64,000 nucleotides of DNA from Squalus acanthias (taxonomy: Eukaryota). A model generated the notes under the pieces. It searched no databases. It was not told the origin of the DNA and saw nothing but the letters and a program-made list of their open reading frames with translations. The translations under genes were made by a program, and so were the position numbers. Location of the stretch: contig CM059427.1 of the NCBI GenBank assembly GCA_030390025.1, positions 159,278,001 through 159,342,000 on the forward strand, written 5' to 3'. Positions 26,230 to 38,929 of this stretch are shown here, one piece after another (position 1 is the first letter of the stretch; every line of letters starts with the position of its first letter).

Positions 26230-26940
26230 TTGTAAGACTGAGAGAAAACACACTAATATTGCATTCTTGGATCGTCCGAAGGCTTTTGACCTAGTGCCTC
26301 ATGCAGTCCCCATGAAGAAGCTGGAAACTATGTGAGTACATGACTGCATCTTGAATTTAACCAAGATGTGTACTCCCAAGTCCAAGATTCATATAAGGGT
26401 AGTTAGGAGACTCACTGAACTTCTTTCTCTTGTAAGAGGAGTGAGACAAGTATATCCACTATCACCCATCTCACGCAGTGTCACCTTCAATGTTTTGTTA
26501 GATGATAGGATATCTCCGTGTCTTCCAGGCATTTCTGAAAGAATTGGTTTGCTTTTTATGAAGATGATCTCTTACGGTATTGGTAGATTTACCTGGGGTA
26601 CAATGTGCTTCACTCACCATGTTGAACAATGGGTTAACCAGTGCACTATATGGTGGATGTCTCTAAGAGCAATATTATGACTTTGAGGTGACTGCCCCAC
26701 TTCCTCTTTGATATCAGTACTGGGGCTCTGATGGATGCTAACTTAGATTGGACTGTATTGAGAAGGAGCCAAGGTGTTTGATCTAATTTTTAATGACCTC
26801 AAAATCCCAATGCAAGTAAAGCTCGTATGAGGTGTGTCCAAAAAGTTTTCCGTCATGTTTTCAAACCCCTACGCATGTAAAGGAAAGGTTTCCTTTGGTC
26901 CACATGAGAGATCCAGGACTGAGCTGTGGGGTGGATTTGT
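26230..26940 (+). mobile_element. Degraded non-LTR reverse transcriptase of a non-CR1/L2 clade (RTE/RTEX-like)
   Basis: IAFLD..KAFDLVPH, RGVRQVYPLSP, FNVLLDD, PGISERIGLLF and a downstream ELWG relic. Confidence 0.6.
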
Positions 26941-29064
26941 GGCAAAAGGGAGATACAGTTGCATGAAGGAGGCTCTGGCCTACATTCAGCACCTTGGAGG
27001 CGGAGTCATCCTTATTGCAGACAGTTCCCTGCCAAAACTACCAAATGAAGACCTAGATTGAGCAGTTGGTGATGAGGCAGCCTGGTACATAGTATTGGAA
27101 TTGGATGCCTACAACATCAAGGTGGTATGTATGTTGCCAGCTGTCCTACATAGTTCCCTCCACCATGCTGAATGCCAATGTCTGTAGTTAAGGAGGAAAC
27201 TGAGACCTCAACCATCTTTAATAGCCTTCTCACAATCCATCTCTTCAACCAAACTTTAATCGCCTCTATCTTCTTGGCTTGGCTTCCATTTTCATACGAC
27301 CACCTGTGACGCGCTTTGGAACATTTCATCACATTAAAGATGTTATACAAATTTTAGTTTCTGTTGACGGCTGCTAGGGAGTGTTATATGGAAGACGGCT
27401 CTGAGACCCCACACTTGTATATATTCGAGGTTCATACCTACTATGATTATGTTGGAGAGGCAAGCAGTTATCACTGAAGCTCGGCACCTCAAACTGAGAC
27501 ATGGTGTTCATGCTATGATCAGGAAAACAATGGCATTACATGGTCAGTTTTGCTGCTCGCCACGCTGTTTCTGAGTAGTTCCTAGTATCAGCTGTCTTTT
27601 AGGGAGGGCTCAAACCTGTGCTTGTCAGGTAGTGATCAACCAAAGACAATCCTTCTTTGAAGGGCTGTAAGGAGAGATGATAAGTAGGATGTCTTTGGCT
27701 CCAAGATGATGATTCTCATGATGGAAAAATGGGAAGGGGTCAACCTTCCATGACTGACTTGGTAATCCGATAGATTTGCGGTTGGCACTGCTGATGCTCG
27801 ACCAGCAAACTTGTTTACTCGGAAACCTGGAGTGGGGGTAGACCTGTTGATGAGGGCAGGGATTCAGCTTCACAACACTGCAAGATGTTGCCCTAACTGG
27901 ACACTGTTCCCCTAACTGGACACTGTTCCTTACTTGACAGGCAGTGAGAAACTTGCCATGCTCTGTGGTTAAATTCCTGGGAAATGTTTAGGCTAAGAGG
28001 AAAGAAGGGGAGGGTCTCCAGGTTCATGCCAAACACCTGCCAAAGTTCTCTGCATTTAGGTAAATGTAATGTGTCCCTACATGGAGAGTACTCAGTCATA
28101 TCATGTGAACAGAAACTCTGCCTGAGTGGGTTTCTTAGTAGCATGGTTTAGAGATGTAATCCTGGCGATGGGTTTCAGTGTATGTCAAGGCACCAGCCAC
28201 CAATTTTTTTTTTTAATTTCCCGAGATTAATAGAGTCCTAGAAATATTGTGCCGTCTAAATACACTCTCAATCGTGGGGAAAGGCATGTTCCTAAGAATG
28301 TTTTGAAGTATATAAGACCAGGTACAATGTTTTTTGAGGTAAGGACGAGAGAAAAATGAGTGGATATTAGTATTTACAGATGTCTTAATGCCAACTACCG
28401 TCTTTTTGGCATGCTTTAGTATCTGAACACTTCCTATTAGACTCTGCAGTGACAGCTACCCTTCTCCACATCCCAAGGTATCCACCAACTAGGGGCTCCT
28501 CAGCGAGATAAGTGAGGGCTGAAGGCACTATACACTCCCTTTCAGCAATTCCATTGGTGGTCTCACAGTAATTTTAGTGGATGATCTGATAAGATTGTTC
28601 AAGGTGGCTCCATACTACCTTAAGTGCTTGCTCCTGTAGCTGGGGATCCTGATTGGTGTATAAAGTATTTTTGAACAGCTCTAGAATCTTTGGCAAGTGC
28701 AGCAGCTGGAATTGTAGGCAGATGCGTGGGTCGAGAGATCAGCTGCTGCAGCGTCTGTTGACTTTAATGCCGAGCTCTCCAGTCAGAACTTTTTTTCTGG
28801 AAGGAGAAACAAACGCCGGTAGCCCTGACTGCCATGAAAATTCTCATAATTTGTGCAACAATAATTAAGGCTAAACTGTAGTGCACTACTCAGTCTAGTC
28901 TAACTGTTAACTGTTTTTATATACAGGATATGTAATTTGTTGTTTACTAGTGTCTGTTGGGAGTGAGTCAACCAAGATTGCCTTTTTCAAGTTGACTGTT
29001 GACAGATGAGGCATACCGCTGCCTTCATTGCAAAACACTCAATTTTAAACTAGAATGGTTAATA

Positions 29065-29417
29065 CAGGAAACTCTTTATTAACCGGGACCAGCGTGGTGC
29101 CGGTTAATCAAAAAGTCTGGATAACGGAGAGTTATATCTCCCAACGTAAGAGAGCCCCGTACACACTGACATGCGCCTGCATTCGCAGCTCCGTCTCCCC
29201 GGGGACCGCCAGCTGACCATCTGTCGTGTTCGCTGCCTACCCGGGCTGCACATTCCCCTCCCAATCTACATGCTCCGATACAAGGCAAACGTATCGGTTT
29301 TTTTTAAAGTTAATTTTAAAGGAGAGATGAAGGAAAACCCCGGTTACCTACTCAAGAATTTTGCCGGTTAAGAGAGATTTCCGGATATTTGGGTGCCGGT
29401 TAATAAAGAGTTTACTG
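29065..29417 (-). mobile_element. Tc1/mariner(pogo)-type MITE, copy B (inverted relative to copy A)
   Basis: TA|CAGGAAACTCTTTATTAACCGG...CCGGTTAATAAAGAGTTTACTG|TA. The reverse complement matches 586-980. Confidence 0.85.
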
Positions 29418-31837
29418 TAGTGTGGGAATACAGTTAACTGTTGTGATACCAAAAAATTATGTATCCTGTTTATATTATAAGAATTCCCAAGTAATTGAAA
29501 TATTTTGTTATGACCTGTGGGGATATAAAAGTTGGTTAGTCTGAACTACTTAACAGTAACACTATTTCCATATAATTTAATAAAGGGCTTCATGGTTTCT
29601 GATTTAAGTCATATCCATCCATATCAATTACATTTTGAGACTTGGGTCCCAAACACTCTTCAGCTACTTTCATCTTGCTGTACTGTACTGTTGAGTGCTG
29701 CCATCTCCCTAGGTGCGGCAACCCCAAACTCAACTGACCAGGAGGATCCAGTTTTTTTAAAAAAACATCCTGGTCTTGGCGATTCCAGCAGGTTTACTTT
29801 GGGGTTGCCGTCTGCTGCATGAGATCTGTGCTCTGGGACTGGCAGAACTATCATGGTGATACATCAGTATAAAAGCAGCTTTTTACAATTGGATTTTAAG
29901 ATGTTCAATACACAAGCAGTGATCAACAAATTGCCCTTTTAATGTTCATATAGTGTTTCCAGTTTTTTATGGTGGAATACATTAATTATCACCCTGGTTC
30001 CTGTTCGTCAAAGCCTTTATCTAGTTTTCTCGAATTAATTAACCATTACGACTTGGGTTCTTAAATAAATTTAGCTTAAAAAAAAATCTATACTGTACTT
30101 AACAAATCCAACCGTATATGTTTAGCAATTAATATACCTTTAATATCACAAAGTTAATATATTGTAATTAACATGCTGTTAATTTAGTTGCATGAATTTT
30201 CTTTGCATCTAGTTTTAGATGCATAATACGTAGGCGACTGTCATAATGTGAAGTATTTAAATTTTTTAAATTTTCCCGAATATTGCAACATTATAGAAAT
30301 GAGCTGTCTTATTTTTCTGAAGTTGTTAAATCACTTGCTCGCATTTAATTTTAAAGTTACTATAATATCGGCACAGGCACGATGGGCCAAGTGGCCTTCT
30401 GTGCTGTATCATTCTTTGATTCTAAGACCATTTCAGTACATTTTAGGTTATTGCATGATTGACATAAAAATTTTGTTTTGACGAGGCAAACAATATTTTA
30501 ATCATTAACAATTGGTTCTAAAGATAATGCTGGTCAACTATTATTCCTACTGTCATGTCCCATTACTTAACCAGTTTTACACAAGTGCAGTTAATTCTGA
30601 AAGTGTAGATTGGTAATTATATTGATAAAATTAATAGCATTATTGGAGAGATTAAGGCATTGCAGTGGATAACTGAGCTTCTTAACACTGGACTCTCCAG
30701 TATGTCAAGTACCTCATTTTAGTTTTAGAATATTCATTTTTTGTTTTAAACATCCAGTTTTCATTGTAAAAAGCAGCTTTGCTACAAAATTAAAGGATGT
30801 CTGGAAGAGGATTTCAATTCAAATCCATTCTGCATCACAGTTCAGGGGTTGTTGTCTTCATGGAAAAACTGTGTGCCAATCCTTTTTGTCATTTGTGTAA
30901 ACACAGCACAATGTAAATCTTGGTAAAAAAAAATCTCTTCATTATTTGTGTACAATGTTGTGGCAAATGCCAGTGTTCTTTGCACACTCAAACAAAAAAG
31001 ATTTGCCAAATGCTTTTTGCATGAAGATGGTGTCTCTAAGTTCATAATGATTTTGTAAACCAGAACACTTCCATAATTTTTTTTAAAAAAAAGCAAAGTA
31101 TTCAAGATGCTGGAAATTAGCTCACTTTGGATCAGTGAAGCTAGCTAGCTGTTAATTGGCCATACAACGATGGCATTAAGTCTTACAGACCCAATGAGTG
31201 TCTTTGTTTACAAACAGATATTTTAAAACAAAAAATATTAATCCTTTTTTCTGGCAACTGAATTTTGTGAGCTCTTTTTGCTTTATCAGTGATTAAAACT
31301 TTGTGGAATAATTCAGGCTTAAAAGTTTTGAGGATTCCTTTCTGCATGAACATACTAGATTAATGAGTTAATAGATTGTTTTACATTTCTAACCGACCAA
31401 TATTTCTATGGTTTAAAGTTTGTGCAGGCAACACTGAAGCTTCAATATCCTTGTTGGATTTTTTTTTGGTTTGCCTTTTGTAAAATATTTGCCTGTTTTT
31501 TAGGCTGCTATCATGTAGATGTCCCAACTCCCTGCTGGTGCACTCTTTCTCTCTTCTCCACACCCCCACTTTCCCGCTTCCTTTCCCCCACAAAAAAAAT
31601 TAGACTTGAAGCCCTGAATATTGACCCACAGTGTGCGCGTGTATACCTTTCAACGGTAAAGATTATAAAGTATATACAGCTATTTTTATTGATTAATGTC
31701 TGTCATCTGGAAATAGTTTTTAATATATTTAATCAATTTTCTGCCTCTCCTGAAGATGATGATTCATTCTGGGTTATAGTTTCATGGGGATCAGGTTCCC
31801 AAGTACTTGCCCAAGTAGCTGGTCTCAGTTTGAGCCT

Positions 31838-32320
31838 ACAACAATAACATCTTGCATTTATATAGCGCCTTTAGCATAGTGAAATGTCCCACGGTGCTTC
31901 ACGGGAGCGTTATCGAACAAAATTTGACACCAAGTTACATAAGGGGATATTGGGACAGATGATCAAAAGCTTGGTCAAAGAGGTAGGTTTTAAGGAGCGT
32001 CTTAAAGGAGGAAAGAGAGGTGGAGAGGTTTAGGGATGGAATTCCAGAGCCTAGGGCCAGGCAGATGAAGGCACAGCTACCAGTGGTGGAGTAATTGAAA
32101 TCGGGGATGTGCAAGAGGCCAGAATTGGAGGAGTGCTGAGATCTCTGAGGGTTGTAGGGCTGGAGGAGGTTCCAGAGATGGGGAGGGGCGATGCTTTGGA
32201 AGGATTTGAAAACAAGGATAAGAATTTTAAAATCGAGGCGTTGCAGGACCGGGAGCCAATGTAGGTCAGCGAGCACAGGGGCGATGGGTGAACGGGACTT
32301 GGTGCGAGTTAGAATACGGG
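31838..32320 (-). mobile_element. L2 LINE 3' fragment
   Basis: LADLHWLPVLQRLDFKILILVFK...FKTLLKTYLFDQAF; same family as 4813-5922. Confidence 0.85.
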
Positions 32321-32334
32321 AAACAGAGATGCAA

Positions 32335-32590
32335 GTGTCAACCTATTCTCTTGTGAGGGCCATCAAAGATTAGCTTAATACTGTCCATGCCTGATATCCA
32401 TACATGTGTGCTTCCCAGCAAGGGTCACTGGATAATCATCAAGAATGGCAACTCTGCCTGTTTCGCCCCCCCTTGCCCAGCCCTGGTCCTGAGGCCATGT
32501 ATACCCTGCTGCTCCAGCTGAGATCAGCTAACTCCATAAAGACTGGAAATTAAGCCTGGTGCTTTCCTGGTTCAGTACCACCACGAGCTA
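32335..32590 (-). mobile_element. AmnSINE2-like ancient SINE relic
   Basis: Reverse complement contains gagttagctgatctcagc...atccagtgaccc.tgctggga. Related copies at ~37640-37800, ~39800-40030 and ~59090-59345. Confidence 0.55.
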
Positions 32591-33600
32591 TATTGCATGA
32601 AACTATGGAACCATCAAGGAAAATTCATCTCTCATCTTGAAGTAGTCTTTTGTGAAAATTTAATTTGAAAACCTCAAGTATTTGTATATTTGAAGATCAT
32701 TAGTATCTTTTTCCATGTGGCACCAGCTTACAGCGAATACTAAAAAGTTACATTATTCAAAATACATGCATGATTTCTACTGTGTAACTCTTTAAAAGAA
32801 ACCTAGAGAAACACAGAACATTTCTTCAAAATATTACATAAACATGAATCTTTTCTGATTTTAATGCATAATTATTGTAATTATCCAGCAGTTAATGTGA
32901 TTTACCTTGTATAATTCAAAATGAAATGTAGATTGTGAATTTTGAAGTTTTATCATTGGAAAATTTCAAGTCAAAGGTTCTTCAGACATTTTTAGTTGCA
33001 CCATATAGCATTTAGTCTACACCTCCAGTACTTGACAAAGAAATGGTCCAAGTGTAAACAGTCTAAATGTGATTCAGGAAAGTTAACTTAAAGTTGCATT
33101 ACTTGGCAGCTTTTTGGAGTTGTCCTGTGAGCCACTTTAAGTTCAATTCAGATAAGCTTATAATAGCTGGGAAAGAGAGTTATGTAGACATGGCATTCAA
33201 ACACAGGAAGGAATGGTCAATTCTATGACAATACTATTGCAATACTTCTTTTTAAAAGTGTGTCTTAATGTTGTTCAGCCGTCTTGCTATTTTTGTACTT
33301 TTGCCCTATATCCAAGCTTAGCATTTTCTAGAAATTCTATGGTGGTGACTATTTAATGTAAATAATTTTTTCCTTTCCCTCTTCCTCTCTGAAAAAATCA
33401 TGGCAAATAATTTCAGATGCCTTGCAAAAGTGATATCTGGAATGCAAATACTTCATTAGATTGAACAAAGCAAATGTAGAATAGTTTATGTTCAGTGCTA
33501 GACTGAATAAAAGCCACAAAGTGGTGAAAAGTTTACACTGGTTTCACATGGGTAAGTAATTTTTGCATGGCATTTTTTCAAACATTTTTCGTGTGCTTAG

Positions 33601-34341
33601 GTACATCCAAGCAGAAGTCCAGTCCCCTGCAGGTAGCGGAACAGGATGTCCAACCCTTCCACCAGTACCAGCCTTTAGAATGCATTGTGGAAGAGACGGA
33701 AGGCAAGCTGACAGAGCTGGGACAAAGAATTAACGCTATTGAGAAGGCACAGTTGAAGTCACTAGAGTTGATTCAGGGAGACACTTTAACCAAAGACAAG
33801 ATAGAAGAACTAAAAAAGAGCAGAGAAGAGCAAGTCCAGAAGAAGAAAAAGATTTTGAAAGAGCTGCAAAAAGTTGAAAGGGAATTGCAGCTGAAAACTC
33901 AGCAGCAGTTTACCAAAGAGTACTTGGAAGCCAAGGGTCAACAGCAGACGCTTCAGCTCCAGCAACAACAGCAGCAATGCCCACATGGAGGACTGTTCTC
34001 TCAGGTGGGGACTGGTGAATGTCTGCCAGAGGAAGACTTTTCAAAGTTGCCTCAGGTGGACACCATCTTGCACAGAGATGGCCAGCAGCAGCCACCTGCA
34101 ACCCAAATGGGGTTTGTTCCTATCCAACCTTTAGCAACACCAGTGTCTCCAAACTTTACTAGTTCTGTTTATCCTATCACTAATGTACCTGATCTACAGC
34201 GAGTAATTGTGAACCAGCCTTTGTTAGGACAGGCACAACTTGCTGGACTTGGACAGGGACTCTTAGCTCAAGCACCTGATGGATTAATGGTTGCAACTCC
34301 AGCGCAGACGCTAACTGACACTCTTGATGACATCATGGCAG
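33601..34341 (+). CDS. ANKHD1: ANKHD1 exon (~15), large coiled-coil/Q-rich linker exon GTSKQKSS...TLTDTLDDIMA
   Basis: cttag| acceptor, GCAG|gtgggt donor, 741 nt (247 codons, phase 1-1); ORF 33567..34400. Confidence 0.95.
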
Positions 34342-37039
34342 GTGGGTTAAGAATTGGTCATCTTTATACTTTACCTTTGCTCACATCTACTAGCTTTTAG
34401 GTACAAATGGACTTTTTGTTAGATTCATTGAGACACAGAACTATAGATTTAACAGCACACTAATGCTTTAATCAAACTACTGCAATAGCAAGGCTGTTTA
34501 AGCCAGCTGACTAATACCATTCCTTTCAAATAGTTCTTGATATTTGAAATAATTATGCTGGAAGTGCAGAGAAGGTCAGTCAATATCTGAAAGAGAAAGT
34601 AAGGCTAATATTTTGACTGATACTCCATCACAATTGAGCAGCCCTAATAAAGGGCCACACTTCAACTTGTTGACCTTTCTCTATCAGATGCTTGCTAACT
34701 TGCTGTGCATTTCCAGCATTTTCTTTTTATTTCAGATTTCTAGCTTTCACAAATTTTCTTTATAATCTCATTGACACTTTTGTCTCATTCTTCAGATGAA
34801 AAATAAAATGGGCTTGTAATTAAGGGGAAGCCACATTTGAAAATGAATTAATCACATACATTAACTTAAAAATATATTCAGGGCTTTTGTTACTTAAAAA
34901 TTGACACGTTTTGCCCTTCAGATGTATTGATGCATGGGGCAGGATCTCAATTTTGACTTTTGTTCTGCCCCATTAACCTTTTGTGATTTAATGTGGTCAT
35001 TTTCTAACTGGTCTGTCGTTTTTATTGACCTTTGTCCTGCATTAGTTTAAATCACATGAAGTTGAAATAAAGAGTATTGCATAACTTGGAGGACAGTTTT
35101 ATTTCATATTTTGTGTCACTGCAAAGCCAGTGCCACTTTGAGTGATGCAATCTGTGCAGTATAGCTGCAGTTAAATTGGAATAAGTCTGGGATTCAGCTT
35201 TGGATAAGAAGCTACTTCCAGGAGGTCATTTCACATTGTTGTGGCTTTGCACCAGCTGCAGTTGAGCTGCCACAGTACAAAACCTTTTCAAGTTTAAAAA
35301 AAAAACACTCCCAGACTGGAGTAAAGACTGGACTGTCTTTATATTTTTAATGTTATGCATTAGCTGATGTGAAAAGTTGTGCTTTCCCCTTATTGCAGAG
35401 TGGACAGTGAAGCTCATTTACACTACAAATGCAAGTACTGCCATTAAACAGTAGTTTAGTACAACTGCAGCACAAGTCCTTTCTAAAAGTTTTCGGTAAA
35501 TAATATTCAAAATAAAAATTTATATTTCGTGTATCAAGAGAAACCAAAACATTAGAAATACAACTGAACCTCCTGTTTCACATTACAGCTGATGTGCTTC
35601 AAAAGGCTGTTTCCCAATCAAAATGCTTTATTCTTGCAGACTATGAACCTAAGTGAACTGGTTCTAACTCGCCACACACTGTACAGGTATCCCTGTATGA
35701 AGGAATAGGGAACTGTATAATTTTCTGAAATGGCCAAAACTTTAAACATCTAGTGTTGAATTAATCTGATCTTGGCCTTGTTCTTTTTAAGAGTTTAAGT
35801 TGGTTTGTCTTCTGCTGGAAGATTTTGGTTGGAAGTACATCATACAGCTGACTGCTTTTTGTCTACTGTGGTCAATACTTGCAGTATTAAGGTATTGTTG
35901 AATTATTTACCGGTCAAAATGTCAGAGGCTAGCCTACTGTCTCAGTAGTAGTGGTGTGTATAAATATCATGATAAATCTAAATGTTTATGAAATTTGAAA
36001 TAAAATAACTTTGAAAGCATAATGCTAGTTGTAGTTTCAGGTCCTGTCTTCTAAGTATCATGCTAGTTTGAAGTTGTTAAACAGAAAGTATTGGGAATAA
36101 ATTGTCATAGTGGTACACTTTTCTAATTTCAGAAATGTGGTTCTCCACTGCCAGATTATACTTGATATTCATGGTAGTATTTCAATTAGTTTGAGGAGAG
36201 GGTGTAAAATGTGGATCAAAAATTCAAAATATTAGATATTACAAATGGATAATTCTGAAAAATATGTTGAATAGTTTAGTCAACAGGAATGTGATTTTGT
36301 TTTTCAGATTTAATTGGACTTTAGCTCCATAGAGCATGTACTTAAGACTCAATCTTACTGGATTTCTTAGTGCACTGTTAGTTGGCTGCCGCTAGATGTT
36401 TGCAGTGTGTGTTTTAAAACTCTGCTATTGCTACAATTGTAAATTACTATAGTGGCACCTAGTGGTAGTATAATGACACCCTAGGAGTATGTTTGAAATT
36501 TATTGCAAGCAAAATCCCCTTCGCAATCAGAAGTCTTAACACAGCCAGGCCATTAAATATTAGCACTTTTTTTATAGGCCTGTTTTTGTGTTGTAATTTT
36601 TATGTAATTCGAAGTATGTTAAATTTATTGTGAATCCATTAATTTGGACTATGAAGTTACATGAAAAAGTGAGTTATGAATTTTAAAGTTCTTTAAAATG
36701 AAAAGTAATTTCCTTTTGACTTCAAAATATAACTGAATTATGCTATTTGCAACAGCTTGGAATGGATAGCAGTTGCATTAAACAGCTAACTTTTTGCCCC
36801 TGTAGGAGGTGAGATTCCTGCTTGTCCTCTTATTGAGGTGAGATTCTCACTTTAAAACATTTGTCCCCCTTCCTTGGGTTGTCCCATTCCACTCATTACT
36901 TGCAGCTAAGAGGGCTGAAACCAGCAACTACGAGTTGCACAAGGATGCTGAGTAGATGGAGAAGGGAGAATGCTCTCCAATTGTGTGTGTTGTGAGAATG
37001 GAATTCATCCCATTTCAGGAATCAATGGTCAGCATTAAA

Positions 37040-37380
37040 GCACCCCCCGATCAGGGTAAAGCTCCCTCTATTCTACAGTAGCCGTGTTCCTCAACCTTAA
37101 CCTTGGAAGAGCACTCGCTACTTGTACCAGTGTGATGCTTTCCATTTCCCATGCCACTGATCAAGTAGTTTCTCCTGAGTGAGATTGCCAAATTAGGGAC
37201 AGTTTCGTGCTGTAGGACCATGCTCACTTGGATCTGGATTGATGCTGCTCAAACTAATGTCACACAGGACCATTACAGTCAACAGCCAGAAGAGCTTTTC
37301 ATCCCATCAGTCTGGGGCTGGACTTGAAGTCAGGTTCTAAAGGTAGAAAACTAAAGTCTCATCCACTGTATCATCCACCC
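37040..37380 (-). mobile_element. LF-SINE-like ancient SINE relic
   Basis: Reverse complement shows a tRNA-like head (...gacttcaagtccagcccc), then ggttaaggttgaggaacac and gagggagctttaccctg, resembling the recalled LF-SINE consensus. Confidence 0.55.
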
Positions 37381-37695
37381 TGTGTGTCTGCCTATATTAT
37401 TACTGTCCAAGGAGCAAGATTGGGTCACAAATTTGCATATATTGCCAGGAACCTTGTGCTATGAACAGTTTTAAAATCTTGGCAAAGCATTCTAATTTCT
37501 TTGTCTCCTAATGAAGAATCCTTCAGGAATTGTTCCTTGTTCTAAAATGCACCTGTTGTTTTTGGGCAGTGACTTTGCCTGGAAACTGAAATTAAATTAG
37601 CCAGTTTTCTGGCACATGATTGCTGTTGTGATTTTTGATGGGAAGTTCATGTGTGGATATCATTTGAGGGTAGGATGTTCAGCTGTGATTACCCC

Positions 37696-37697
<2 letters not shown>

Positions 37698-37726
<29 letters not shown>
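37698..37726. repeat. (CA)n microsatellite
   Basis: Direct reading. Confidence 0.95.
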
Positions 37727-37731
<5 letters not shown>

Positions 37732-38929
37732 CACACTCACTCTCACATAGCCCATTGACATACTCTGGCCAGGCTTATGCAAGAAGAATGGCCACTTAAA
37801 TTAATATTCAGAACTTCTTAACTACCCTGGAGTGGTGGATAGCAGGCAAAATGGGAAGGATACTGAAGACTGTTTAACGTGATTAGAACCAAAAATTAGC
37901 CTCAGTTATCTGAACAAATTTCTTGCAGATAGACTTGGGTCTTCAACAGTGTTGATTACCAGTACAAAAATAGAAATTTAACAGTAAAAAAAATAACACA
38001 GCCAGATCAGAGGCTTTTCATTGTGTAGGGAGGTGATTTCCTGCCAATGTTCACACACTCCTGAGGAGGGGGGGAGCTGTCTTAAATTGCAAAAGACAAT
38101 GTCAGTTATCAGTTATTCAAAGGAAAGATTCTTGCTGAAAATGTTAGTGTACTGTGACAGGAATAATGTGCGAGTAAGATATTCTTTTTAATTCTCAAGC
38201 TTCTTGTGCAAGCATAGTGCCAAGTCTGTCCCCAGGCAAGCAGAATCTAACGACCCTATCTCCATTCCCCCCCCCCCCCCTGCCCCGGGATTCTTGAGAG
38301 CCTGTGGATCCCATGTTGAGAATCTATTCTTTGGACTGAAAGTACCCATCCTTGCTGCCTGGCTAGAGTATTATAAAACTGGTCTACCTACTATTTTTTT
38401 TTTTTACATTAAAACCATCCTGGCCAACATTCATCTCTCAACCAACACCACAAACAGATTATCTGGTCATTTATCTGTGTGTGGGAACTTGTGTAAATTG
38501 GCTGCTGCATTGTGCATTACAGTAGTAACTATGTTCTTTCAATATTTGTTTCAGTTCAACTAACAACTCTTAAATTGCAGTCTTACTTGGAAAGCAGAGG
38601 CTGTAGTACGTCTCTTGTTTATCTTGCAAACTCAGCCCCTGAGTTAAGCTTTTAATTCTGAAAAACCATGGAAAATGTATTTTTGGAACCTTTTATTGTA
38701 ATTCTATTTCATCCAGGGTTCTAGAATACCAACCGTACCATTTTCCAATTACAGTATCTAGGTGTTTCTTAAATAAATCCCATATCTTGACCATTTTTCT
38801 TCGCAACCTGTCCAGTTGTTGATCACCCTGAGTGTAAAGAAATATTTTTTGCCCTTTTTGTCCTGCTGGACTGGTGTATTAAAAACTTATCAGTTTGCTT
38901 CACTTTCATTATCGAGTTAAATATTTTGC

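Noticed and set aside
27620-28150. Minus-strand ORFs possibly from a Tx1/L1 3' region, with a short tandem duplication (cctaactggacactgttcc) at ~27892-27930
   Set aside because: Similarity too faint to assign by eye.
33417-33556. Possible extra exon (tttcag| at 33416, strong GG|gtaagt at 33552)
   Set aside because: It would leave only a 49-nt intron before the 33601 acceptor, too short to be credible, and it has no protein similarity.
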